Assembly (NCBI GenBank): GCA_002633005.1
Contig: NMRA01000288.1
Coordinates: 136,300 to 200,299 of the forward strand
Source of the DNA: Phoronis australis
Taxonomy: Eukaryota > Animalia > Phoronida
DNA length: 64,000 bases
Direction of reading: 5' to 3'
The notes under the pieces are model-generated. The model searched no databases. It was given only the letters and a program-made list of their open reading frames with translations, and was not told the origin of the DNA. A program made the translations under genes and the position numbers. Shown in pieces: positions 11,232-22,325 of this stretch (its first letter is position 1; each line of letters starts with the position of its first letter).

Positions 11232-14200
11232 ATGAATTTACTGTTCGCATGCGTATTCGTTCTTATGGAAATTCCATCTTCTCATGAGGGTGAGTACACG
11301 TCATTTATTGTTTGAAATTCAAGTGAATTGTATGTATAAGACCTCACTGCCGAATTTCATAGGATAATGAGCATTTTTTTGAGTAATTCGCATATATTTA
11401 AAAAGCTGCTTCAGACCTGCTACTCGTCAAAAATAATATACACTGTACACCATTCTCAGGTATAGGTGTAAAACCGACATGAATAACCTGTTTTTGCTCA
11501 AAAGAAAAGTGATTTCTGAGTTTGCAAATAAGTGGCATGTCGATAATCTTTGACACAATTTGCATTAATGGCACACGGTGACTATCCACTTTGCTTAGCC
11601 TGGACTGAGTTTTGTAGACCGCACTTGCAGTTAAAAAGAACGCAAAAAATAAATTCAATCCGCAATTCAGATCAGTCCAACCTCACCAAGTAATCTCTTC
11701 AAGATTCAATTTTTCTAGGATAGGGGTGGAAACCTCCCCACCATATTCGCAAAGCATTCGTTTTCACTCGCGTAATTTTGCGAGCGATTGCCATAACGTG
11801 CTTTTCTTACAAGAAACTCGATGAACGCTATCCAGGTCTCAAGGAACGACGTTCTTTATTCAAACGCACAAATCATTGTAAATTTAAAGACATAGACAAT
11901 CATGCACAAATACATTTCTTTCCATAGGCAAGGGGTTTGAGACTTCAGAATATATAATTATAATTTTACTAGTTGACAAAGCCTATCTTTTGATATACGT
12001 GTCAGAATGCAGGCCGCTAAATAATGTTCGAGTTAACCTCAATACCTGTAAGCAATATTTTATGGCCCAGGGTTGTACACTACATTTCAATGAAATGCCA
12101 AGTTTATAACTAAATACTTAGAATCTACTGAGAGTTTGATCAATTACGAAATCTATTCAAAGATATCAAATAAATAGTACATCATTCATTTGCATATCTG
12201 TCATTCTTTGAAAATATAGACATGTTAAAATGTAGGGGTACGTAAAATACATAAATACAGTACTAATATTTCACTCAAAACGAAAGTTTTGTATTAAAGA
12301 TCCTTTTATCCCAACAATTTTATGGGAGGAAATTGTCTGCAATCAATGCTGCTTAGTTGCCAAGTAATATTTTAGTTTCATGATACTTGTTAACATCAGG
12401 GTATGTACAGTGTACATTACAAAAAGGAGTACGTACACTACATCACTGTTTCTGCATCACATTGTAACATAGGCTGTATGGCCATTTATTTTGATGATAA
12501 TAACCACCATGTCGTTATGTAAGAGGCAATAATTTCATTTGCAATTTCCATATGTGTAACTGAATTTCAAATGGTATGCGTACACTACATTTTGTTAGAC
12601 TTTTTGGCCCTTTTACAACGTGGCACAACCTACAGAAGTTAATATCCAAACTTTTAATTTGTTTAGATATTAAATAATTTGCTGCGTTGCCTAGGCTAAC
12701 ATAATTTGCAGTTCTTTTTATTACAGAGTGTTAACTTTACTTTTTAACCTTCATTACCTTAGACGAGGCTTAGAAACACAGAAATTATAAATTTCTTAAG
12801 AAGTTCCTGTTTTAGGGCAAACCTTGCCATTTCTCAATGATTAAGCACAACTTCATTCTGAAAGTGAATTGTGTTATTCCTAGTCATACCAAAACCATTG
12901 CTTACTTAATAAAATACCTTTTTCCTCAACTATTGGCACTTGAAAAGTGGGAATTTTTAAAAAGGCATTCGTAACGTTAAAAATCCATGAAATTCAAGGA
13001 CAGAAAATGCACAAGTTTCTCAAACACCTCCTAATTTGATACATTGCAATTCATTTTTGTTTTGCACAACTCAATAACCCCTTGGATATGAGATCCTGTT
13101 GGTAACTGGTAAGTAACAGTGGACTGTCCAATATGGACCTTGATAGTGATTTACCAGAGAGATGGTGGTAGTGGCAGAAGTGATATTTGTGGTAGCAGAA
13201 CGTTATCAGTATCGCTTGCAGTATCAGTAAGAGTAGCAGTATCAAGTGGCAGTAGCAGTGCATGACAGAAGTGATATTTGTAGTAGCAGAACGTTATCAG
13301 TATCGCTTGCAGTATCAGTAAGAGTAGCAGTATCAAGTGGCAGTAGCAGTGCATGGCAGAAGTGATATTTGTAGTAGCAGAACGTTATCAGTATCGCTTG
13401 CAGTATCAGTAAGAGTAGCAGTATCAAGTGGCAGTAGCAGTGCATGGTAGAAGCAGTATCAGGCAGTAACATGTAGTGTCAGCTAGTAGTAGGAGTGGTC
13501 ATCACCATAATCATTATTATTATTAGTAGTAGTACTGGCGTTATTTATATTATTATAATTATTTTATTAGCACCATTACCTATTTTAAGGAATAGGATGT
13601 TCCCAGGTTATACAGACAAACGTCTCACAATGTTGTAGCATCCGTCAAGCAATTCTCTAGCCTCGTTTTCGAGTCATTGAAGTTTCTAGTGTTATTTGTC
13701 GGTGCCTTGTTGTTTTTAATTTTGCCTCGAGTCCGTCAGGACAAAGAAGAGTTCAATCCGGGACTGTCCTAATCACACGTGATAACTGTAATTCTTTGAA
13801 AGTGAAAAATGTGAACTTGTATCAATTTTACAGTTCCAGATAACAAAGGCACAGAGTTCATGATAGGATTTGGGGAAAATACGCCTCCAAAAAAAGACTT
13901 GGAGCTGTTCATAACTACGCCGTACACACACGGGCCTGTCAGTGTGACTGTTAGCGTTCCGCTAAATGGAGCAATACCTGTCCAACAGGTAATAAACGTG
14001 TTATAGGATATTTTTTGTTATTTGTGTGCATGTTTTCGCTTAATTTCGCTACAGACCTTGAATTTGTGGCAAAAACTCAACGTGTGTTTTCACTTCCTAA
14101 GCAAAGGGTTATGTTACATGGCTATTGATAATCAGAAGAAGGAAACATGAACTCATTCCGATATGCCAAAGTTCAGACATTACAAAAACCTCCCGTTTGG

Positions 14201-17200
14201 TTTCAAATCAGGACGACAGCGGTTTTCAACTCGAGGCAAAATACAATCTAGTCAATCTATTATTCTTTCCCGGGTTCTTTTGCCCAGCATTATGGCTCAA
14301 AAGCCAGTTATTTGCCTCGGTTCAGAATAAATTCAATTTTAGAAGTCAACCAGTTAAAAAATCACCATTTTTATTCCACGATATATCGATTTATTTTAGC
14401 CAGTGTTTTTTCCGTGAGTTATTCGGTAATAGGGCAATCAATCTGTTCCGTGTTCCAAGCAAAAAGGCCTCCAGTACATAAGTGGACTGGGCTAGCGAAA
14501 AGGGGCAGTTGCTTCTCCTGTGCAAAATTTTATCAACGTGAATGTGATAATTTCAGTAAATTTTCCAAGTTTCCTCTGTATTCCAAGTTCACGGATACGC
14601 GAACTTGAAATTAAGCAAGATTCTAAGTATGCAAAGTCACAGCACGCTATTTGTGCCGAAAGTAGGGATGAAATGAAAGAACAAGGTCTAATTCTTACAC
14701 AAATGCTACTCTCGTATACGTAAACTTCTGTTTTCTCTAAAAATAATTCTTTGAACTTGGACAAAAATCACGTTTCTGTGCGCCTCACTTTACTGCTCTC
14801 ACTAACACAACGGTAAATCAACAAAGAAGAACAAAGAAGTCGTTAAAAAGTCTTTACTTGCACAAAATACAGTTATTTATAATAACCAACAGCATAACAA
14901 CGATGGTGCAATGCAACATGGAAGGTATGTACTCTATCGGTGAAAGCCCGATTACAGATTCTACCAAAAAGCCTCTCTTAACTGTGTTACTTAGGTGCAT
15001 GTTTCCAAGGGAACAATCCGAAAGATATCTTTGCCGAACTCTCTACGAATGACTGGTTCAGGAACTTACACAGGGGCTCAGAACGTTGGCATCTTCATCA
15101 ATTCCACACAGGAGATAGTGGTTTATGGCTCGAACAAGGAGAAAGCAAGCTGCGACGCGTTTCTGGCCCTTCCTACTGACGTATTGGGCAAAGATTACTA
15201 CGTGCCGTCTTGGCCAAGAACGGAACATAGGTACCCACAAGCTTCACAACTGGGTAAGATATTAGCTGCTGAGTTAAAGTGGCCTTACCTCGCTTTCCGT
15301 GTCAAAAATCAGTTTTTTTGTTATCTCACTTACTGTTATGAAGCTGGTCTCAATTTTTTCGTTAGTAAAGTTAAAGGCGATGTCACGGCTTCGAAAGAAC
15401 TGTTGCTTTCTTAATGACTAAGAACAGCCTCTACAAGTTGCATTTCCACAATGGGTCCACAGAGACACCAGCTCGACTTTGTGCTAAATACCGAGAAAGT
15501 TTTACAACTGCTGTCCATTGTGGTAGCTCACTTCCGGAACGACTGAAAGTATGTCAATTCCAGAGTATTTTGCGTCACTCATTTATCTCCGACTACAACA
15601 CGTTCACTAGTTACATGTGTTGACATGGACGCCAAAAAATGCCATTAGTTCCTCCAGAGTTTCATAATTCAGTCGCCAAGATTCACGGCAACGTGTCTCG
15701 GCCGCTGTTTTCTGTTCATGTCACTGAGTGCAAATGCTTGTCAGGCCACTCACAACCTTGCCAGAACGCTTAGGAGGCACTGAAGAGTTCTCACAGGGAT
15801 TTCTCTATCAGAACACACGTCAATGGACTCTTCACCCTTTCTTCACACTGCCAAAAACTGCATGCAAATAAAGAAAAGTTTTGAGTCATTTCACATCACA
15901 AGCCCTACAGATGAGCACAGAAACTTTGTACTCTCTTGTATTTTTGACCCTTTCACTCCCAATGGAAACCTTGCTGAACTAAGAAAAATAAGGGCAAAAA
16001 AACGCAAAATCGGCAATTTTCACCCCAAAATCACCACTTCCCTGCCGATGCTCGACTAAAGCCAACATTAGATTGCGAAAGTAAACTTCGTACCACTTCA
16101 AAAATGTGGTCCAAAAGTACTGTCAACCAACTAGTTTTTGCAAATCTGGCTTGTTTGAGGGCTACCTGAAATCGCGGCCAATTTCTCAGTTGCTACACAG
16201 CAATGCACAATTGCAACAGGGGGCCACCATCTTGAAGAAGAGTGCAGCTACAGCCAAGAAAGTGGCCTTTTTTCATTCTCAGCATGTTCACAAATACAAA
16301 CAAACCACATTCACTGAGCCTACATGCAATGCCTACCTACAAAATGCCCCCAAATTTGGCCTACCCCAAAATTTTAATATTTTGGAGATGCAAATTGGCA
16401 GCGGCCGCAGCCTAGATGTTCAGTGCCACCTTACGTCAACAAATTAAAAACATCAGCAGTAGAGCAGAGTACTACAGGAGCACCCTGATTGGATACAAGC
16501 AAAATAGGTCAACTTCTCCCGGCGCCTTCGAATTTCCTTCCGTTCCTCCTAATCATCAAGTACAGCCACAGAAGCACAGTTATGTGATTTTAATAATTGA
16601 ATGTTGGTCTTATAACAGACCCAAGTCAATCATATTTGATAGTTAATCACGTCAGATAGAACTGGAGTCAGCTCGTCACGATTGCAAATTACGGTTAAGA
16701 GCCTCTCCGTGACAACGTGCACTGTGCATGTAATGCAGTAGATATTAGTTGATGTGAAAGTTTAGTGGCCTAATGAGCATGCACAACGGTCGACGTGAAT
16801 GGGGAGAGTCCACCGATACGCTTTGACCGTGAATGTTGCATGTTCAGTTGGAGAAAAACAGGACGAACTAATAGTATTTACTGGTGTCGATATTAAAAAA
16901 TGTGACCAGTAAACGTGCTGCAATCGGAGATAAAATTACCCCCAAATTGAAATGCCTCGAGTTCTTCCAGAAGTGACTGTTGGGCGAACATACTGAATAG
17001 CAGTTACTTTTTCTAGTGTAGTATCATGTTAGGCGTCTCATAAGAGGGCCTGTTGTGTGTCATTGCCTTGCACCGAGTACGTTCTTACAAACTAATGAAC
17101 CGTCGGTTCTTCAGAAGTTTAGAAGCTTCCTCTCTGCTGATCAAGGAACAAGTTGAGTCAAATTTTATAGCGGTCAAAGTTCAAAGTTTATAGCCGATTT

Positions 17201-20200
17201 AATAGGACACTTAACCCTATTTGTCGTTTGGAAGGATCGCAATTAAGATGAGAAAATGGAGAAAGCAATGGAGCAGTCAGAGATGAGGAGGTGACGCGTC
17301 AGACGGACGAAGAGGAAGTTGTGGAAGATGACGATGTTGATGATGATGACAGTGACGAAAACGGCTTTTTACACATAAGAGTTTGCCTTCATTTAATGGC
17401 CTAATATGGCGCTAAAATGACTATTTTTATATCTAAAATAGGTGTATTGATGAAAAACATCAACATACACACAGCATACCCCAGATGTTAATTAAGTCGG
17501 CCTTTGACAATACAGCAGCCCCATCACGAACTCCTTTTAGAGCATAAAAAAACTTGAGATGGCGCTTCCCTTGCACCAATCGAAGTCTATGACATCATCG
17601 TTACAACGCATTGCCTTTCACCGTGTCTCCACCGTATTGGAATCAGCGATGACTGGCCGTTTAATTTAGAGAAAAATACGTGGAAAATCAAGGAAACACA
17701 TTAATTGTTCATGCCAAGTCAATTAATATTAAAATGGATTAATATAATTACCTTTAGAATTTTTTATTCAATTATTTAGCACACATTCTAATATGGGCCA
17801 GTATGGGAATCCCTGGAGGGTGACTGGGGTCGCCGAAACAGCCGCAAAAAACGAAACGCTTTGTCCGAATTGTTATCAGGCAATTTCAAAATGTTTATTA
17901 TAAAGCATAATTTGCTTGATACAAAAACTTTGATGTTAGGAACTTTACATTCATGCCTTCTTGAAGCCGAAGGTGTGAACGCTGCGCGATTCCGATACGT
18001 GTCGCTGTCGAGGGTGTGTCCCGTATTGGAGTCGGCGACAATAGGACGTTTAATTTGGTGCAAAATACGTGGAAACGTTACAACACACATTAGGTTAATC
18101 TTTTCATACAACGTAATTATCTTGGCATTGAAAATTTTATATTAGAAACTTAATTTTCAAAATAATTCGTCTTGAAATCCGGCAACCCGTAGTAGCCGCC
18201 ATTCTGACTCGGTCAACGTCAAAAGATTGAAAATTTTAGTGCAAGACAACGTTTTGAGTATCTGTAATAAAAATCTATGAAATAAAGTCTGGATTGCATG
18301 AAAACATACCAAATTATAAGGATTTGCAATCAATTGAACGTTTTGAATTCAATCAAAAAATATATTCCGATATGGGCCGCCAGTATCTGAATTCCGTTAT
18401 GTCTAAGGGAACGACCCAAATCAGAATATTCCCATTTGGGCCGGAACAGTAACACGAAACGTCGATGTGCGCTCTGCAGATGTTAATTGCAGTCAGCCAG
18501 CTAGCTGTTTAAAGACTTTCGCCAAAAATACATCTACGTAACACTGTGAATTGAGCTCCGTTAGACCACGAAATTTCATACATTCCGGACGGGGTGCATG
18601 CAAAATCTGGGATACAATTCCGCCGACACTCACCTCGCCCGTTGCCAGCCTTTTAAGTCAGTGAAAAACAATCTAATGAACGTCATTTTCTAGCATAATT
18701 CTCCGCCTTTTGAGTTTTGTAACAAAGAAAGTCGAACACAATACGCTCGTGACACGCGCACGCGCCGTCCTAAAAATTTTGCAACATCTCTTGCGACAAT
18801 TTTTCCAACACCGGTAAATAATTTGGTTTACTCAAAGAAGAGCGGTGTAGCTTTTAAAGACACTGTTTTACGTTGATGTCATATGAACCACAGATTGGTT
18901 GAGATTTTTACTGGGGCGTTAAAAGGGGCGGTGTAATTAGCGTCGCAATTAATACTTTCTGCGGTATGCAAGAAGCAAAAACAATATTTTTTATGAACAA
19001 TACTTACATTTCTGGGGTCAAAAAGGTGTTTCAGCCGCTTGAGGTTATCTTTAAGGAGTGATTGGAGTAGAAGACAAGACGACAGTCAATTTTACTCTCC
19101 CATTACACGTTAACAATATTACCCTGGCTACGGGAAAAAGCGGCAACGACTATACTTACACTACGTTCAGTGCCGGTTCAGGTTTAACCGTGGAACTTAA
19201 CAGAGGACAAACGTACCAGGTATGTTCACGCTTTCTCGCATTTTAACGAGAATTTTGTGTCATACATTACAACAGTTGCTCTTTTTTCATCAAAAGCAAT
19301 TCAATTTTTACTTGAATGGATTTCATTGTACTAAGCATTGATAAGAACTGACACAAGTCTTGGTAAGTACTATTAGCGTCTCCATTAAAAATGCATCAGT
19401 GCGTTTTCTCCAGGGTTACAGGAAAAGCTTTGAAATCACGTATTATTGAAAAACTTCAGTAAAAATTTTCATTTGCACACTTAGTCTTTTTCTTTTAGCT
19501 CCAGTCCGACAATGATTTAACCTCCACTCGTGTCCAGTCAGACAAACCAGTTGCCGTCATGTCAGGCAGCAAGCGTACATCTATTGCTAAAACAGGAGGT
19601 AGTAATGATCACATAGAGGAAATGATTCCGCCGACGTTGTCTTGGGGAAAATACTTTATAACAGCACCATTTGCCAAAAGAACTGGCGGTGACATCATTC
19701 GAATATTAGGTAAGACCACACTACAAGTCAAGTAGCATTTTGCTATTAGACTACAGGGTCTTTTGAAATACAGTATTTATGATTTACTTTTTATGACATA
19801 CTCATAATGAGAATAGGCTGGATGTTTGAATACATCGGCCTAATATACATGTATATCTTCTCCAAGCGACGCCTTACTCCTTTAAATGGGCATCCTGTAA
19901 AATGTTATCGAGTGATCTCAAAAAGAAATTCATCACGTCGAATTAATCTTACATGAAGTTACGAAAACTTCTGTCTTTGGATTATCTGTCTACGAAATTG
20001 TAACCGTTTGAGTCCTTTTTTTATTTAAAGTTTGTTATTTCACTGAAAAAGACTTAGAATTTGTATTTTACAGAAAGTTTGTGGGTGACCATTCTGTTTA
20101 ATCAACTTGCATTTACAGTTTCTGCCGACAACACTGAAGTTCAACTATCGTCAACTCTTCACAAAAGCAACAGAACAGAGAAGCTCAGGCTTGGAAGGTT

Positions 20201-21546
20201 TAAACAACTAGATGTGCCCTCCACTGACTTTTACTACATATCAGCCTCAGATCCAATATTGGTCGTTCAATATTCCAAAACAGGTACCTATGCAAGATTT
20301 CAAAAACTGAATATTCATATTTTATTTCCAAGCCCAGGGTACGACACAACGAACACAGGCCTGAAGTATTCTAAGCTGGAAAGAATATTGGTAATGCTGA
20401 AAAAGTTATATTTTGTAATTTTGTTACATGGTTTGCGCTTTCTGCGCGTCAGCAAAATATATGAGGAAGAGTATGTAAGAGACGTGTTACCAGATTAAAG
20501 ATAGGCAGTAATGCAGCTCTAACTATTCAATTTCAGGTTCGGTTGACCGAAAAGCCAGCGATCCTTTTATGATTCTGGTCATACCCATAGAGCAGTTCTC
20601 CAAAGACTACACTTTCGCAACACCGGAAGCCGTGGAGGCGCCATATCAAAACTTCGTCGCCATCATTTGCAAAACTGTTGAATGTGACGAACTTTCTTTA
20701 GATGGCAGTCCTATAACTGGTGCGAATTTCTGGAAAACATGGACCTTAATTCACGGGCCTCAAGCCTCATTTTCTGTTGGTATCGTTTTGATAAGCCATG
20801 GGACTCACACTTTAAGTCACCCCGACCCAACAGCCGTTTACGGTATTCAAGTTTACGGACAGGTGAGGTATGAATCTTACGGATTCCCTGGGGGCATGTT
20901 GATATCGCCATTGTACAGTGCTTGTGTCCCGACTAGTGTTGTGGTTAATGATGGATTCGACAACGACTGTGACGGAAAAATAGACGAAGAGCTCGTTGAT
21001 AGTTTGGACAACGACGGCGACGGGAATATAGATGAGGACACGGCGCAACAGCCAAATCCGTTATTCTTGGCATTCACTAGGACTACTGCGTCGTTACTCT
21101 CATCAACGGTGAATCGTACAAAGCGTGCCCTTACTACATGTACACAACCGTCAATAACATATACACCTTATATACGTAATGGATCGAACTACAGTGCTGA
21201 CAACGGATTCGCATCAAGTACTGTGGTAGGAACTGTGGTCCCAGGTGTTATATTATTACTGGTTACTCCTTTTGCATGCCGTTGCTGCTGCTTGCTTGCA
21301 GCCTTAAAACGTCGAAGGCGAAGAGAAAAAAAGAAGGAATCATCTGAGGCCAACGGTGAAGAAGAAGTAAGAAACGGAGATGATCAACACACTAAGACTG
21401 TACAGAAGACTCCAGTTGTCCCGATTTACATACCTAGCAGAGGACAATTCGGCCAAGACGACTGGCTGTATTCTCGAGACAGTTCATCACAGCCACGCAC
21501 TGAAAAGTCTGTATTGACGACACCAGGAACGCTCCTGAACATTTAA
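11232..21546 (+). CDS. Paralog B: IgGFc-binding-protein N-terminal-like domain type-I membrane protein, short stalk (~673 aa, 7 coding exons)
   Basis: Exons 11232-11289, 13834-13988, 14995-15253, 19056-19219, 19499-19709, 20119-20283, 20537-21546; all GT-AG, phases compatible, total 2022 nt. Signal peptide MNLLFACVFVLMEIPSSHE. Domain motifs DNKGTEF, DAFLALPTDVLGKDYYV, LNRGQTYQ, DLTSTRVQSDKPVAVMSG, DHIEEMIPP..SWGKYF, PILVVQY, DPFM..V.P.EQF, ESYGFPGG are characteristic of the FCGBP N-terminal (IgGFc_binding) domain. Confidence 0.9.
13172..13452. repeat. Intronic tandem repeat, 3 x 91 bp
   Basis: cagaagtgatatttgt...gcagtgcatg recurs at 13175, 13266 and 13357. It is single-copy at the equivalent place in paralogs C (~33481-33580) and D (~58541-58650). 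Confidence 0.95.
15773..16430. mobile_element. PIF/Harbinger-type MITE (658 bp) in intron 3 of paralog B
   Basis: TIR GGAGGCACTGAA / TTCAGTGCCACC (11/12), flanked by TTA duplication (15770-72, 16431-33). The empty site gaacgcTTAcatc is present in paralogs C (~38980) and D (~61587). Confidence 0.85.
17397..19050. mobile_element. 1.65-kb insertion flanked by TTAA duplication at the exon-4 splice acceptor of paralog B
   Basis: Paralogs C/D read ttttgctttcgtTTAAG|gtgtgattgga. B reads tttgccttcatTTAA (17393-96) + insert + TTAAG|gagtgattgga (19051-55). TIRs are degenerate, so the superfamily (Kolobok/piggyBac-type target) is uncertain. Confidence 0.75.
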
Positions 21547-21589
21547 GTTTCAGTGCGACACATAATCCTGTCTGGCATTATAACAAACA

Positions 21590-22325
21590 GTGGAATACAT
21601 TCACAAAACATATCGAGAGTGGCGTAGATGAAGTAATATCCCCCGAGACCTTATTTCGCGTATCGACGGAAGGTCAAGGTCGATGTGCGAAATAATGTCG
21701 AGTGGGATATTACTTTTTGTACGACAATCAAAGTACGTTTTGTAGTTATCCCAAACGCTTCGAATTCTTACATTTCTTTAAATTTTCGGCAGATTTTTCA
21801 AATATTTCACTCAAACTGTTCACGTGGCGGATCACATCCTATTTATAAGTACAGTGTACTAGCGTGTAGGCTTGCAAGTTTTCTCTCGTTTTAATGCTAC
21901 AATTTATTACTTGAAAGAGATAACAAAGATGAAAACAACGCTAACTGCGCATTGAACTTGTAGCATCTCCTGAAAACAGTTAAATAACAACAATATTTGA
22001 TATTTTAGTTACTGAGGAATCCGCGCCTGAGTTGCAGACGATATAAAAATAATTAGCAATTAAAAACTGAGGCAGAACTGTCATATAATTAACACTCCTG
22101 CTCTAGATGTTACGTTTGGGACATGGTTGCATGTTGAGTTTTATTTACACTGCTGAAATTACTTTAAACTATTTTCGGAAAGTTTGATGATCTAACCGGC
22201 TAACGACGTCGAGTCAACATTGACCTACCTTTTGATCTTTCCATGACAGGTCACTGTTCAAGGTGAATACAGAAAAAAATTAGTACATGGTCGTATTGCA
22301 CTCCACTGATTCAACGCGTATGGGA
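21590..22325. mobile_element. Palindrome-headed insertion in the 3' UTR region of paralog B
   Basis: Absent from the equivalent site of C (ataacaaac...ataataaacacttgc, 43062-43097). It contains the inverted repeat aagtaatatccc..ttatttcgc..atcgac / gtcgat..gcgaaataa..gggatattactt at ~21631-21717. Confidence 0.65.

Noticed and set aside
11398-11658. Antisense ORF with signal-like start, also at 54828-55031
   Set aside because: Starts at TTG, disrupted in paralog C; similarity is explained by duplicated intron DNA.
13051-13472. Repeated MHCYCHLILLLL ORFs / CRISPR-like periodicity
   Set aside because: Pure 91-bp tandem repeat with no unique spacers, in a eukaryotic intron.
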